NCBI GenBank assembly: GCA_050298055.1
Contig: JBNKTL010000052.1
Coordinates: 1 to 34,211, forward strand
From: Spirochaetota bacterium
Lineage (GTDB): Bacteria; Spirochaetota; UBA4802; UBA5550
Direction of reading: 5' to 3'
DNA: 34,211 nucleotides
Position 1 is the first letter of the stretch; each line of letters starts with the position of its first letter. The notes beneath the pieces were generated by a model that saw nothing but the letters and a program-made list of their open reading frames with translations, was not told the DNA's origin and did not search any database. This document shows positions 17,694-26,489 of this stretch, piece after piece. A program made the translations under genes and the position numbers.

Positions 17694-18074
17694 TCAGAGG
17701 TTTTTGAATTTCCAGTCAATTTTTTTCTTCTTCAGGTACTTCTCGAAATCACGGGCCGATTTGAAATACTCCAGGTAGGGAGAATCAAAAAACTCGCAGT
17801 CTCCCTCTTCACATCCGTGCTGCCTGCAGATCTTTGGCCTCTCACTGTAACAGCTGCACCTGCCATTTTTATCCAGGCACTCACAGGGAGAGTGAAATTC
17901 AATGTGCCATTTTTTCCAGTGATCAAGAAAGACATTGACATTTTCATGAAGAAGATACCACCTTATATGGTCAATACCGGACTTGGTGTTCGGCCTGTCT
18001 ATCTCAATTGCCACATACCTGCAGCATTTGCCGCCGCATTTTTCGCAGGGAGGGATATATTTATCATTTGCCAT
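17694..18074 (-). CDS. YkgJ-family cysteine-cluster protein
   Basis: CEKCGGKCC ... CECL....RCSCYSERPKICR. Confidence 0.9.
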   Translation of the reverse strand: MANDKYIPPCEKCGGKCCRYVAIEIDRPNTKSGIDHIRWYLLHENVNVFLDHWKKWHIEFHSPCECLDKNGRCSCYSERPKICRQHGCEEGDCEFFDSPYLEYFKSARDFEKYLKKKKIDWKFKNL

Positions 18075-18224
18075 AATTTATGGAAGTTTTTAAATTGCAT
18101 ATCAGTCAACTACAAAAAGTTTTTGACTTGTCATTTTAGTAGTAATTAACAATTTTAATTTCATGTAATATTTTTACAACTCAACTTTTTAAGATCCATT
18201 AGAGTTCATATCTGCTTTCAAATT

Positions 18225-19697
18225 ATGAAAAAAGAAAAAATATCAGACAACATATCATCTCAATTCAGGGCTTCCGGGATTGAACTTTCGAAAGAAGAAC
18301 TTGCACGCTTTACACAACTCTACAAACTCCTGGTTGAACATAACAGCGAGCTTGACCTTACCCGGCTGAAAACTGCCGATGATATAATCATAAAGCACTT
18401 TATCGATTCGGTCTACTTTTTAGACAGGGTTTCAATCCCCTCTCCCCTGCTGGATATTGGCACGGGGCCGGGATTTCCCGGTGTACCCATAAAAATAATG
18501 CGGCCGGAGATACGCCTCATACTGGCAGAACCGCGTCACAGGAGAGTCACTTTTCTTAAAATGCTGACGGAAGAACTGGTTCTTGAAGATGTGGATATCT
18601 ATCCGCACCTTGTTACCGACATATCGTTCTTTGATGCAAACAGCGTCATAACCAGGGCCCTGGAACCGGTAGATGAGACACTGACCAGGGTCAGCCATTT
18701 TCTTCCCCGGGGGGGACTTGTCTACTTCATGAAGGGCCCCGATTCAGGGGACGATGTGGGAAAGCTTTCCCCGCAAAACAACAGGCTCTTCAGTCTTGAG
18801 GACGATATCAGCTATACTCTTCCGGGAACATCATACGAGAGAAGGCTTGCCGTTTACAAATGCATTCAGAAAAGTTTCAGAAAAACCTTCAGGATCATGA
18901 AAGATGAAAATATGAGTGAAGGAACCGCCGTCACATCCGGTGAAAACAGGAGGTTTAAGCAGCTTAAGAAGCTCACGGGGACCGATGGTATAAAAAAACA
19001 GGGAAGAGTCATTGTTTCAGGAAAAAAGATCATTGAAGAGCTTATTGCTAACGGTGAAATCACCAGGGAGGAGATGATTATCTTTGACGGGTATATTGAA
19101 AAGGATGAAAAATTCAATGATATTATCAATTCCTTCAGTGAAGCGGGAAAACTCCTGGTGATGAAAAAATCCCTCTATAACCAGCTCGATACCATAAAAA
19201 CGGAAATGCCTCTTTTAATTGCAGGTATCCCCGGGATCACGGAATGGGATTATACAATTGAGAAGGGGTGCACACTCATCGTCCCCTTCCAGGACCCGGT
19301 AAATACCGGGAGCATTATCAGGTCTGCCGCGGGTTTCGGGATTGAGAAGATCATCCTTCTGAAAGAAGCGGCCAACCCATTCCATCCGAAAGCGATCAGA
19401 TCATCAGGGGGATATGTCTTCCGCATGAAATTTTTCAGGGGCCCTTCCATACATGAGATAGGCGTTTATGCCGAAGAAAAAAACCTGGAGATTGTGGCCC
19501 TCCACAGTGAAGGAAGAGACATACGGAATTTTCAATTCCCTGAGAAATTTTTGCTTTTGCCCGGACTTGAAGGTGAGGGAGTACCCGCTGAATTCAGGAA
19601 ACAATCCGTATCCATTCACTTGAGCCAGGGTGTTGATTCCCTGAACGCATCTGTTGCCGCGTCAATCTTTCTGTACCAGTGGGCGGGACAATCCTGA
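18225..19697 (+). CDS. rsmG: 16S rRNA m7G527 methyltransferase RsmG fused to a TrmH/SpoU-family RNA methyltransferase
   Basis: N-terminal half: HFIDS, LLDIGTGPGFPG, ITRAL, MKG. C-terminal half: QDPVNTGSIIRSA, GLEGEG, VDSLNASVAASI. One continuous 490-aa frame. Confidence 0.9.
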   Translation: MKKEKISDNISSQFRASGIELSKEELARFTQLYKLLVEHNSELDLTRLKTADDIIIKHFIDSVYFLDRVSIPSPLLDIGTGPGFPGVPIKIMRPEIRLILAEPRHRRVTFLKMLTEELVLEDVDIYPHLVTDISFFDANSVITRALEPVDETLTRVSHFLPRGGLVYFMKGPDSGDDVGKLSPQNNRLFSLEDDISYTLPGTSYERRLAVYKCIQKSFRKTFRIMKDENMSEGTAVTSGENRRFKQLKKLTGTDGIKKQGRVIVSGKKIIEELIANGEITREEMIIFDGYIEKDEKFNDIINSFSEAGKLLVMKKSLYNQLDTIKTEMPLLIAGIPGITEWDYTIEKGCTLIVPFQDPVNTGSIIRSAAGFGIEKIILLKEAANPFHPKAIRSSGGYVFRMKFFRGPSIHEIGVYAEEKNLEIVALHSEGRDIRNFQFPEKFLLLPGLEGEGVPAEFRKQSVSIHLSQGVDSLNASVAASIFLYQWAGQS

Positions 19698-19698
19698 T

Positions 19699-20238
19699 TT
19701 AATCACCCTCAAATTCACAGAGGGCGAACATTGCGTATCCTGCACCGGCAATTGCCTCTCTTCCGCCCACATCGGGAAGGTCCACAATAAATGCCATTTC
19801 AACAACCTTACCGCCGATTTTCTCTACAAGTTTTGCCGCAGCAATAGAGGTCCCCCCTGTTGCCAGGAGGTCATCGATGACAAGGACCCTGTCACCCCTC
19901 TTTATGGCATCGGTATGGATTTCAATTTTATCGGTCCCGTATTCCAGCTCATACTCGTGTGAAACTGTTTCCGAGGGGAGCTTTCCCGCCTTTCTCACCA
20001 GGACGAATCCCTTGCCGAGTTTATATGCAAGTGCAGCACCAATGGTGAAACCACGGGCTTCAATTCCGGCAATAATGTCGATATCTTTACCGCCGTATCT
20101 CCGGGCCAGTTCATCCACAACAAGCTTCAGACCTTCCGGGTCCTGTATGAGTGTGGTAATGTCCCTGAAAATAATCCCCTCTTTGGGAAAACCGGGAATG
20201 CTTCTGATTTTTGATTTAATTTTTTCCAGGTTGTTCAT
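19699..20238 (-). CDS. apt: Adenine phosphoribosyltransferase
   Basis: FPKEGIIFRDIT, GIEARGF, VRKAGKLP, YELEYG, VIDDLLATGGT. Confidence 0.98.
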   Translation of the reverse strand: MNNLEKIKSKIRSIPGFPKEGIIFRDITTLIQDPEGLKLVVDELARRYGGKDIDIIAGIEARGFTIGAALAYKLGKGFVLVRKAGKLPSETVSHEYELEYGTDKIEIHTDAIKRGDRVLVIDDLLATGGTSIAAAKLVEKIGGKVVEMAFIVDLPDVGGREAIAGAGYAMFALCEFEGD

Positions 20239-20261
20239 TGATAATTTCCTTTTATATTATT

Positions 20262-20337
20262 AGCCCCCCATCCCCGGAGGGGGCGTAAGATTCTCATCCG
20301 AACACTCTCTTGTGCCCCCTCTGGGGGTTAGGGGGTC
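20262..20337. repeat. Inverted doublet of REP-like repeats (REPIN-like)
   Basis: AGCCCCCCATCCCCGGAGGGGGC (20262-20284) and GCCCCCTCTGGGGGTTAGGGGGTC (20314-20337) are inverted relative to each other around a 29-nt spacer. Confidence 0.7.
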
Positions 20338-20400
20338 TTCCTTTGCGGGTTTTCAATTTAGATTTTATTTCCTTTCAAAGGATGTCAACTTAAAATTATT

Positions 20401-22002
20401 TCACTGGAGAAAATCAAGGGGAAGGATTGAAGCGACACGTATCTTACTGCCGGGAATAAATCCAACCTTAACATGAACATATTTGATTACACCTTCCCTG
20501 TTGATGAACTTAAAGCTGTATTCATCAGGGATACTCTTATCAACACCTCTTTTGTCGTGATAGTTTTCCATCCTTTGGATTTCATCTACAGCGGCAAAAT
20601 CAGACCATTTCATTCTGCCGATTATCTCTTTTCGGGGATAACCGCTGATATCTTCAAATCGTGAATTACACATGGTGATAATCTTGTCGTCACCATAGAT
20701 TATTGTTGCCGTTCCCGTATTTTCGAAGACGATCCTGTACTTCTCCTCACTTTCATTAAGATTTTTTTCCGCAAGGTCTCTCTGGTTTTGAAGCTCCTTT
20801 TTATTCTGATTTATATTAACCAGGTAAAGAAGAATAAGCGTAAGAATAATAATAGATGAGGAAACGAGAAGGGAGATGCCTGCGGGATAATGCCCGGTTA
20901 TCTTCTCCAGGGTAAACACCTTCCACCCGGGAAGAATGATCTCTTTTTTCGAAAGACAGTATCTTCTCTTTTGTATTGAAATTTCATCACCCAGAAGAAG
21001 GGGGGATAGTTCCGTAAGTTTTTTATCGGCAAATTGCTTACTGTTATGGATTTTTTCAAGCCTGTAGGGCTCAATGGGCAGTGCTGCCTTATAGAGCCAC
21101 CCCTTCCTGTTGGAAATAAAAACAACGCCGTCAGGAGAGAGTACACCGGCAATATCTTTGAACTCACCTATAATATTATCAATATTTCCAATCCCCATCT
21201 TAATAACGGCGACACCATGGGGCTCCTCTCCTTTTTCCCGGTATATGGGATAGCTGTAGTAGATCCCCCTTTCATGCGTGGTAGTACCCAGGGCAGCATA
21301 AACAGAGGGGCTATTGTTCATTGCATCTGTAAAATAAGGCCTGAACCTGAAGTTTTTTCCGGTAAGCGTTTTACCGCTATCATAAGGAGAACATGCAACA
21401 ACCGTACCGTTTTTATCCATTATATAGACTATTGACGCGTTAAAAAGTGCTTTAACAGTATTGAGAAGCATAAGGTGCTGCTTCTCATTCTTAATATTCA
21501 ATTCGTTTCTGAAGCTTGTTACAATCTGGTGATTTGCAATAATTTTCGAAGCATATTTAATATTGCTTATTCTGGAATTAATCTTTTCTGCAATTCTTCT
21601 GATATTTTTTCGAAACTCATCCTGATTGCTTTTTTTATGCTGATTGTAAATCAAGAGGTTCGCAGTAAATAAAGATGAGAGCGCAATAATAATTATGAGA
21701 ATAAACTGCCATTTTAAACTGCTTACAAAACGTCCTCCGGGCAGTTTCATATATTTTTTTTCTTTAACCGGGGCCTCAGATCTTCCCTCGAAAAGAAGTG
21801 AATCCACTGATATACTGAAGATTCCGGCAATTTTTATCAGAGCATCAACAGAAGGACTTGATTTCCCTGTTTCATAGTAGCTTATCATCTTGCTGTCAAC
21901 ACCGATTTCATGAGCAAGCCCCTTCTGCGTGAGCCCTTTCTCCTTGCGAAGTTTTTTTATCATTTTGCTTAGATATGCAGATGAACCGTTCATATCTGAC
22001 AA
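20401..22002 (-). CDS. XRE-HTH / TM / DctB-like dCache / TM / PAS protein
   Basis: IKKLRKEKGLTQKGLAHEIGV...ISYYETGKSSPSVDALIKIA (XRE); TM; GKNFRFRPYF...YAALGTTTHERGIYYS (DctB-like Cache); TM; EEKYRIVFENTG... PAS. No kinase or other output domain. The start may be the ATG at 21993. Confidence 0.88.
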   Translation of the reverse strand: MSDMNGSSAYLSKMIKKLRKEKGLTQKGLAHEIGVDSKMISYYETGKSSPSVDALIKIAGIFSISVDSLLFEGRSEAPVKEKKYMKLPGGRFVSSLKWQFILIIIIALSSLFTANLLIYNQHKKSNQDEFRKNIRRIAEKINSRISNIKYASKIIANHQIVTSFRNELNIKNEKQHLMLLNTVKALFNASIVYIMDKNGTVVACSPYDSGKTLTGKNFRFRPYFTDAMNNSPSVYAALGTTTHERGIYYSYPIYREKGEEPHGVAVIKMGIGNIDNIIGEFKDIAGVLSPDGVVFISNRKGWLYKAALPIEPYRLEKIHNSKQFADKKLTELSPLLLGDEISIQKRRYCLSKKEIILPGWKVFTLEKITGHYPAGISLLVSSSIIILTLILLYLVNINQNKKELQNQRDLAEKNLNESEEKYRIVFENTGTATIIYGDDKIITMCNSRFEDISGYPRKEIIGRMKWSDFAAVDEIQRMENYHDKRGVDKSIPDEYSFKFINREGVIKYVHVKVGFIPGSKIRVASILPLDFLQ

Positions 22003-22024
22003 AATTACACTTCAAATAATAAAA

Positions 22025-22103
22025 TCAAGAAAAATTTAGGCATCTATTGTAATTTTTCTTGACTTTATTTACAATATATTCAATGAGTAATTTACAATAT
22101 ATT
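22025..22103. promoter_or_regulatory. Operator-like repeats between the divergent regulator and the TAXI gene
   Basis: 12-bp perfect IR TCAAGAAAAATT (22025-22036) / AATTTTTCTTGA (22051-22062); 14-bp direct repeat ATTTACAATATATT at 22067-22080 and 22090-22103; inverted half-site TATTGTAA at 22045-22052. Confidence 0.6.
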
Positions 22104-22174
22104 AGATACTATGATATAGATTTCCAACTTATAGTTATGCATAAAACTGAAAAAGAACATAACTTTCCTCCTAT

Positions 22175-22224
22175 AAAATGCCTCAGAATGCAATTTTTTC
22201 CTTTTGCACTATGAGGCATTTTTT
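22175..22224 (+). terminator. Hairpin with U-tract upstream of the TAXI gene
   Basis: AAAATGCCTCA (22175-22185) / TGAGGCATTTT (22212-22222) with inner TGCAA/TTGCA pairing, ending in a T-run. Confidence 0.45.
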
Positions 22225-22326
22225 CATAAATTTCAATACACCGGGGAAAATATATCGTTGAAATAAAAAATAAAATAGATTACTATTCATAAAATTTAGC
22301 CTAATTATTATATTTGGAGGGATTAA

Positions 22327-23298
22327 ATGCTTAAAAAACGATTTATCTATCTTTTTGTTATTCTGCCTCTGGTTGCAGGTATCGTATTAATCCAGTCATG
22401 CAAAAAGACTGGGGGAAATACTTTCAGGTTTGCAGGTGGACCTTCAGGGGGGACTTTTCAGTATTATGCAAGTGCTGTAACTACCCTTTCCAAGGATGTG
22501 AAGGATATCAAGGTACTTGCCAGCTCATCAGGGGGATCAATTGAGAACATCAGGCTTACCGATTCAGGCAAGGCCCAGTTTGCAATTGCCTATTCCGGTC
22601 ATGTTTATGCAGGACGCAATGCCATGCTCAAGAATGACACTAAAAAGTATATGAATGTACTTGCACTTTCATATCTTTATGGTGCTCCCGCGCAGCTTGT
22701 TGTAAACAAATCGCTTGGCATAACCAAAGCCAAACAGCTCAAGGGCAAGAGAGTGGGCATCGGAAATGCCGGTTCCGGCGCAGCGGCAAACGCCACAATC
22801 TTCTTCACAGAGCTTGGTATCCTCAAGGATATGAAAGCTGAAAACCTCGGTTACAGGGGTGCAGGCGACGCTTTAAGAAACGGACAGCTTGATGCCTTCT
22901 GGGTATTTGCAGGTTTCCCAAATGCTTCTGTACTTGAAACCGCTCTTCAGAAGGATGTTGTTCTTCTCAATGTCTATAACGACGCAGAGGAAGCAGGCAT
23001 GTTTAAGAAATACCCATACTTCGAAAAGGTCATCATTCCCGCCAACACCTACAAGGGACAGACTAAACCAATTGTTTCTTTCCAGGATGCGGCTCTCTGG
23101 GTAGCCAACAAGGATGTTCCCGCAGATGTTGTTTACAACCTGTTAAAGCTCGTTTTCAGCGAAAAAGGTCTTAAGCACATGGTTACGACCCATAAGTCCG
23201 CAAAAGCAATGGGCATAAAATCAGGGATCAAGGGTATCGTTACACCTCTCCATCCCGGTGCCGAAAAGTTCTGGAAGGAGCAGGGAGCTCTGAAGTAA
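22327..23298 (+). CDS. TAXI-family TRAP transporter solute-binding lipoprotein
   Basis: Lipobox IQSC, GGPSGGTF, SSGGSIENI, LKGKRVGIGNAGSG, PLHPGAEKFWKE; SD GGAGG. Confidence 0.95.
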   Translation: MLKKRFIYLFVILPLVAGIVLIQSCKKTGGNTFRFAGGPSGGTFQYYASAVTTLSKDVKDIKVLASSSGGSIENIRLTDSGKAQFAIAYSGHVYAGRNAMLKNDTKKYMNVLALSYLYGAPAQLVVNKSLGITKAKQLKGKRVGIGNAGSGAAANATIFFTELGILKDMKAENLGYRGAGDALRNGQLDAFWVFAGFPNASVLETALQKDVVLLNVYNDAEEAGMFKKYPYFEKVIIPANTYKGQTKPIVSFQDAALWVANKDVPADVVYNLLKLVFSEKGLKHMVTTHKSAKAMGIKSGIKGIVTPLHPGAEKFWKEQGALK

Positions 23299-23376
23299 AG
23301 AGACATCAATAAATAGATAATAAGATGTTTTCTTATTTTTTTAGTTAATTTGCCAATATTTTTCAACAGTAAACTT

Positions 23377-23410
23377 GCTGCAGGGCGAACAACCCTGTGC
23401 GTCCTGCAGC
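23377..23410 (+). terminator. Intercistronic stem-loop
   Basis: GCTGCAGGGCG ... CGTCCTGCAGC followed by TTT, between the binding-protein and permease genes. Confidence 0.5.
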
Positions 23411-23434
23411 TTTATATTGTATGTGGAGGAGAAA

Positions 23435-25171
23435 ATGTACCAAAAACTCAACAGGTTTGAAAAATACGCTTTTGATATTCTTTCCCTGCTCTTTGTGGGA
23501 TTCTATTCTTTTTCGGCAGTTCTCAAACCTGCGCCAACACAGTATCACAGAGGTGTTTACGTCCTTATAACATATATACTTGTATTTCTCCTCTATAAAT
23601 CGAAAAACAGGATACTCAGGGTTCTTGACTATATACTGATGGCTGCTTCAGCGGTTACAGTCATATACTGGATAGCAAACTTCGAAGCAATCAATTTCAG
23701 GACCGGCGCGGAAACACTCACAGACAATATCATCAGTGTCATAGGTGTCCTCATCGGAATTGAAATTGCGCGAAGGGCTGTGGGTATCGTCTTTGTAGGT
23801 ATCGGCATACTTATGCTTATATTCGGTGTATACGGCCAGTACTTTCCCGAGCTTATCGCGCATCCCGGTGACAGTTTTCTTGCTATCTGCACGAATATCT
23901 TCTTCAAGGAAGATGGAGTTTTCGGGATCATGGCAAATGTCCTTGCAACATATGTTGTACTTTTTGTCTTCTTTGGCGCTTTTCTTGAAAAATCAGGCGC
24001 ACAGCGCTTCTTCATAGACTTTCCCCTTGCAGCAGTGGGGCATAAAATCGGCGGGCCGGCAAAGGTCTCCGTAATAGCCAGCGGGCTCATGGGATCAATA
24101 TCCGGAAGCGCCATTGCCAATACGGTATCAACAGGAACATTTACCATACCGCTCATGAAAAAGGCCGGGTTTAAACCGCATGTTGCAGGGGCAATCGAGC
24201 CCGCAGCATCAATTGGGGGTATGTTTATGCCGCCAATAATGGGGGCCGGCGGTTTTATTATGGCAGAGCTTACCGGTATAAGCTATTCCTGGATCATGCT
24301 TGTTGCCCTCTTCCCCGCAATAATGTACTTCTTCAGTGTTTTTGTCATGGTCCATTTCGAAGCGAAAACGAATAATATACGAGGCGAAAAGAGCAAAGAG
24401 GATATAAAACAAATTTTAAAGAAGGAATGGTTCTACATTCTCCCTCTTGTTGTTATAACAGTTCTCATCCTCATGGGATTCTCTATCGGTTTCTGTGCTG
24501 TCATGGGAATCGTTGCATGCCTGGTCATAAGCTGGTTCAGGGTTGAGACACGAATTGGATTTCATGACATCCTGGAGGCATCACGCGCAGGGGCGGAAAA
24601 CAGCCTGAAGATCGGATCAACACTGGGAATTATCGGCATCATTATCGCCATGCTGACTTTCAGCGGACTCATTCTTACATTTGCCGATATCGTCATTCAG
24701 CTTGCAGGCGGTCACCTCTGGCTTACCATACTCCTTATTGCCCTGGCATCTCTCATTTTGGGTATGGGCGTACCGGTTACAGCGGCGTATCTTATCACCG
24801 CTGTTGTCGCCGTTCCTGCGCTTACCGAGCTTGGAGTAAGCCCTATTGCCTCACACATGATTGTCTACTGGCTTTCCCAGGATTCAAACATATCCCCTCC
24901 TGTTTGTATCGCCGCTTTTGCCGGTGCGACCCTGGCAAAGGCCAATATGTGGAAGACGGCATTCAAGGCATTTAATTTTGCCAAGTTCCTCTATCTTGGG
25001 CCCTTCCTTTTCGCATATATTCCCGCATTTACCCTCCAGGGAACCGTAGTTGATATCATAAAGGCTTTTGTCCTTATTGCCCTGGGCACATTTCTCTTCG
25101 GATATCTGCTCAGTTTTCACTGGCTGGGTTATCTTAAAGCGAGATTTGGCAGAGCAGGAGAGAGTGTATAA
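23435..25171 (+). CDS. TRAP transporter fused permease (4TM/12TM, DctQM-like)
   Basis: GGPAKVSVIASGLMGSISGSAIAN, LGMGVPVTAAY, SNISPPVCIAAF; SD GGAGGAG before the ATG at 23435. Confidence 0.95.
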   Translation: MYQKLNRFEKYAFDILSLLFVGFYSFSAVLKPAPTQYHRGVYVLITYILVFLLYKSKNRILRVLDYILMAASAVTVIYWIANFEAINFRTGAETLTDNIISVIGVLIGIEIARRAVGIVFVGIGILMLIFGVYGQYFPELIAHPGDSFLAICTNIFFKEDGVFGIMANVLATYVVLFVFFGAFLEKSGAQRFFIDFPLAAVGHKIGGPAKVSVIASGLMGSISGSAIANTVSTGTFTIPLMKKAGFKPHVAGAIEPAASIGGMFMPPIMGAGGFIMAELTGISYSWIMLVALFPAIMYFFSVFVMVHFEAKTNNIRGEKSKEDIKQILKKEWFYILPLVVITVLILMGFSIGFCAVMGIVACLVISWFRVETRIGFHDILEASRAGAENSLKIGSTLGIIGIIIAMLTFSGLILTFADIVIQLAGGHLWLTILLIALASLILGMGVPVTAAYLITAVVAVPALTELGVSPIASHMIVYWLSQDSNISPPVCIAAFAGATLAKANMWKTAFKAFNFAKFLYLGPFLFAYIPAFTLQGTVVDIIKAFVLIALGTFLFGYLLSFHWLGYLKARFGRAGESV

Positions 25172-25353
25172 AACCTTAAATTTTAAATTCTATATTTTGA
25201 ATGTTGAATTTTAAATTATTCCTTGTGCGCAAGAAAATCTATTTGATTAATATATGAGTTACGCTTAATGTAACATAAGATCTTATTATCATTCTTATTT
25301 AGAGGAAGTTTCATGATATTGAGGCTTCCTTTTATCTTTTAACCGGGCATGGC

Positions 25354-26481
25354 ATGAAATTTAAAAAGATTTTTTTCACCGTAATAATTTTCTCATTTAT
25401 CATAACAATAAATAGTATCTCACAGGGAAACGACTTCCTCCATGAGACAGGAGAACCCTCCCCGCTGAAAAAAAATGACCAGCAGTCGCCGGTACATGAA
25501 CTTCAGACATCTATCCACAACATCTATGAGCTCTACCGTGATTCCATTGTCTACATCAGCACTGAAAGGACCATGAAGATGCAGCGTCAAAATCCTTTTA
25601 TGTTCGATCCTTTTTTCAGAGATTTTTTCGGCGGGAGCAACCGGGGCGGCAGAACAAGAAAACTGAGGGGGCTCGGCACCGGTTTTATCATATCAAGTGA
25701 CGGATATATCTGCACAAACCATCATGTGGTAGCACGGGCCGATAACCTCACAGTACGAATTAATGAGAAAGAATATCCTGCACGGATAATCGGTTCCGAC
25801 CAGCTCACGGATATTGCGCTTCTCAAGGTTAATACCGGGGAGAAGCTAAAACCGGTACATTTCGGCAATTCCGATGATGTAAGGATTGGGGATTTTGTCG
25901 TTGCAATCGGGAACCCCTTCGGGCTGGATAAGACCTATACCTTCGGGATAGTCAGCGCAACAGGGAGGCGCCATATTGACCAGTTGGGGAATTCACATAT
26001 TCAGACAGATGCTTCTATCAACAGGGGGAATTCCGGCGGACCGCTGATAAATATTGACGGCGAGGTTATCGGGGTAAACAGGGTGATCTATACAAAGTCG
26101 GGCGGCAGTATCGGTATTGGTTTTGCCATATCTATAAATACCGCGCGAAAGGCGCTGGTCCAGCTGAAAAAGTACGGGAAGATTAAACGGGGTTACATCG
26201 GAGTTCAGGTCGCTCCTCTTCATGAATCAATTGCCAGAAAAATAGGACTGAATATTAAAAGCGGTGTATACATCAGGTCGCTGATGAAGGATGGACCTGC
26301 TGCAAAATCAGGTTTAAAGATAAAGGATGTCATCCTGGAAATAGACAGTATGAAAATAAAAAACTACAGGGACCTAATAAAGGTAATAAGCGAGAAGGAG
26401 ATTGGAAGGAACGTGTCAATTAAGATCTGGAGGGACAGGAAAAACCTCATGTTCACTGTTCCCGTTGCAGAACGGCCCTGA
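25354..26481 (+). CDS. htrA: HtrA/DegQ-like serine protease with one PDZ domain
   Basis: Catalytic triad contexts TNHHV, DIALL and GNSGGPL; signal peptide; C-terminal PDZ. Confidence 0.93.
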   Translation: MKFKKIFFTVIIFSFIITINSISQGNDFLHETGEPSPLKKNDQQSPVHELQTSIHNIYELYRDSIVYISTERTMKMQRQNPFMFDPFFRDFFGGSNRGGRTRKLRGLGTGFIISSDGYICTNHHVVARADNLTVRINEKEYPARIIGSDQLTDIALLKVNTGEKLKPVHFGNSDDVRIGDFVVAIGNPFGLDKTYTFGIVSATGRRHIDQLGNSHIQTDASINRGNSGGPLINIDGEVIGVNRVIYTKSGGSIGIGFAISINTARKALVQLKKYGKIKRGYIGVQVAPLHESIARKIGLNIKSGVYIRSLMKDGPAAKSGLKIKDVILEIDSMKIKNYRDLIKVISEKEIGRNVSIKIWRDRKNLMFTVPVAERP

Positions 26482-26489
26482 TCATGGCC

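Noticed and set aside
20240..20390. Purine riboswitch upstream of apt
   Set aside because: No purine-aptamer core recognised; the structure is explained by a repeat also present at 3486.
23375..23434. TTG-started extension of the TRAP permease
   Set aside because: It overlaps a stem-loop; a strong SD precedes the ATG at 23435.
25256..25281. GTTAC-N7-GTAAC palindrome upstream of htrA
   Set aside because: Arms are only 5-6 bp in AT-rich DNA; too weak to call an operator or an element junction.
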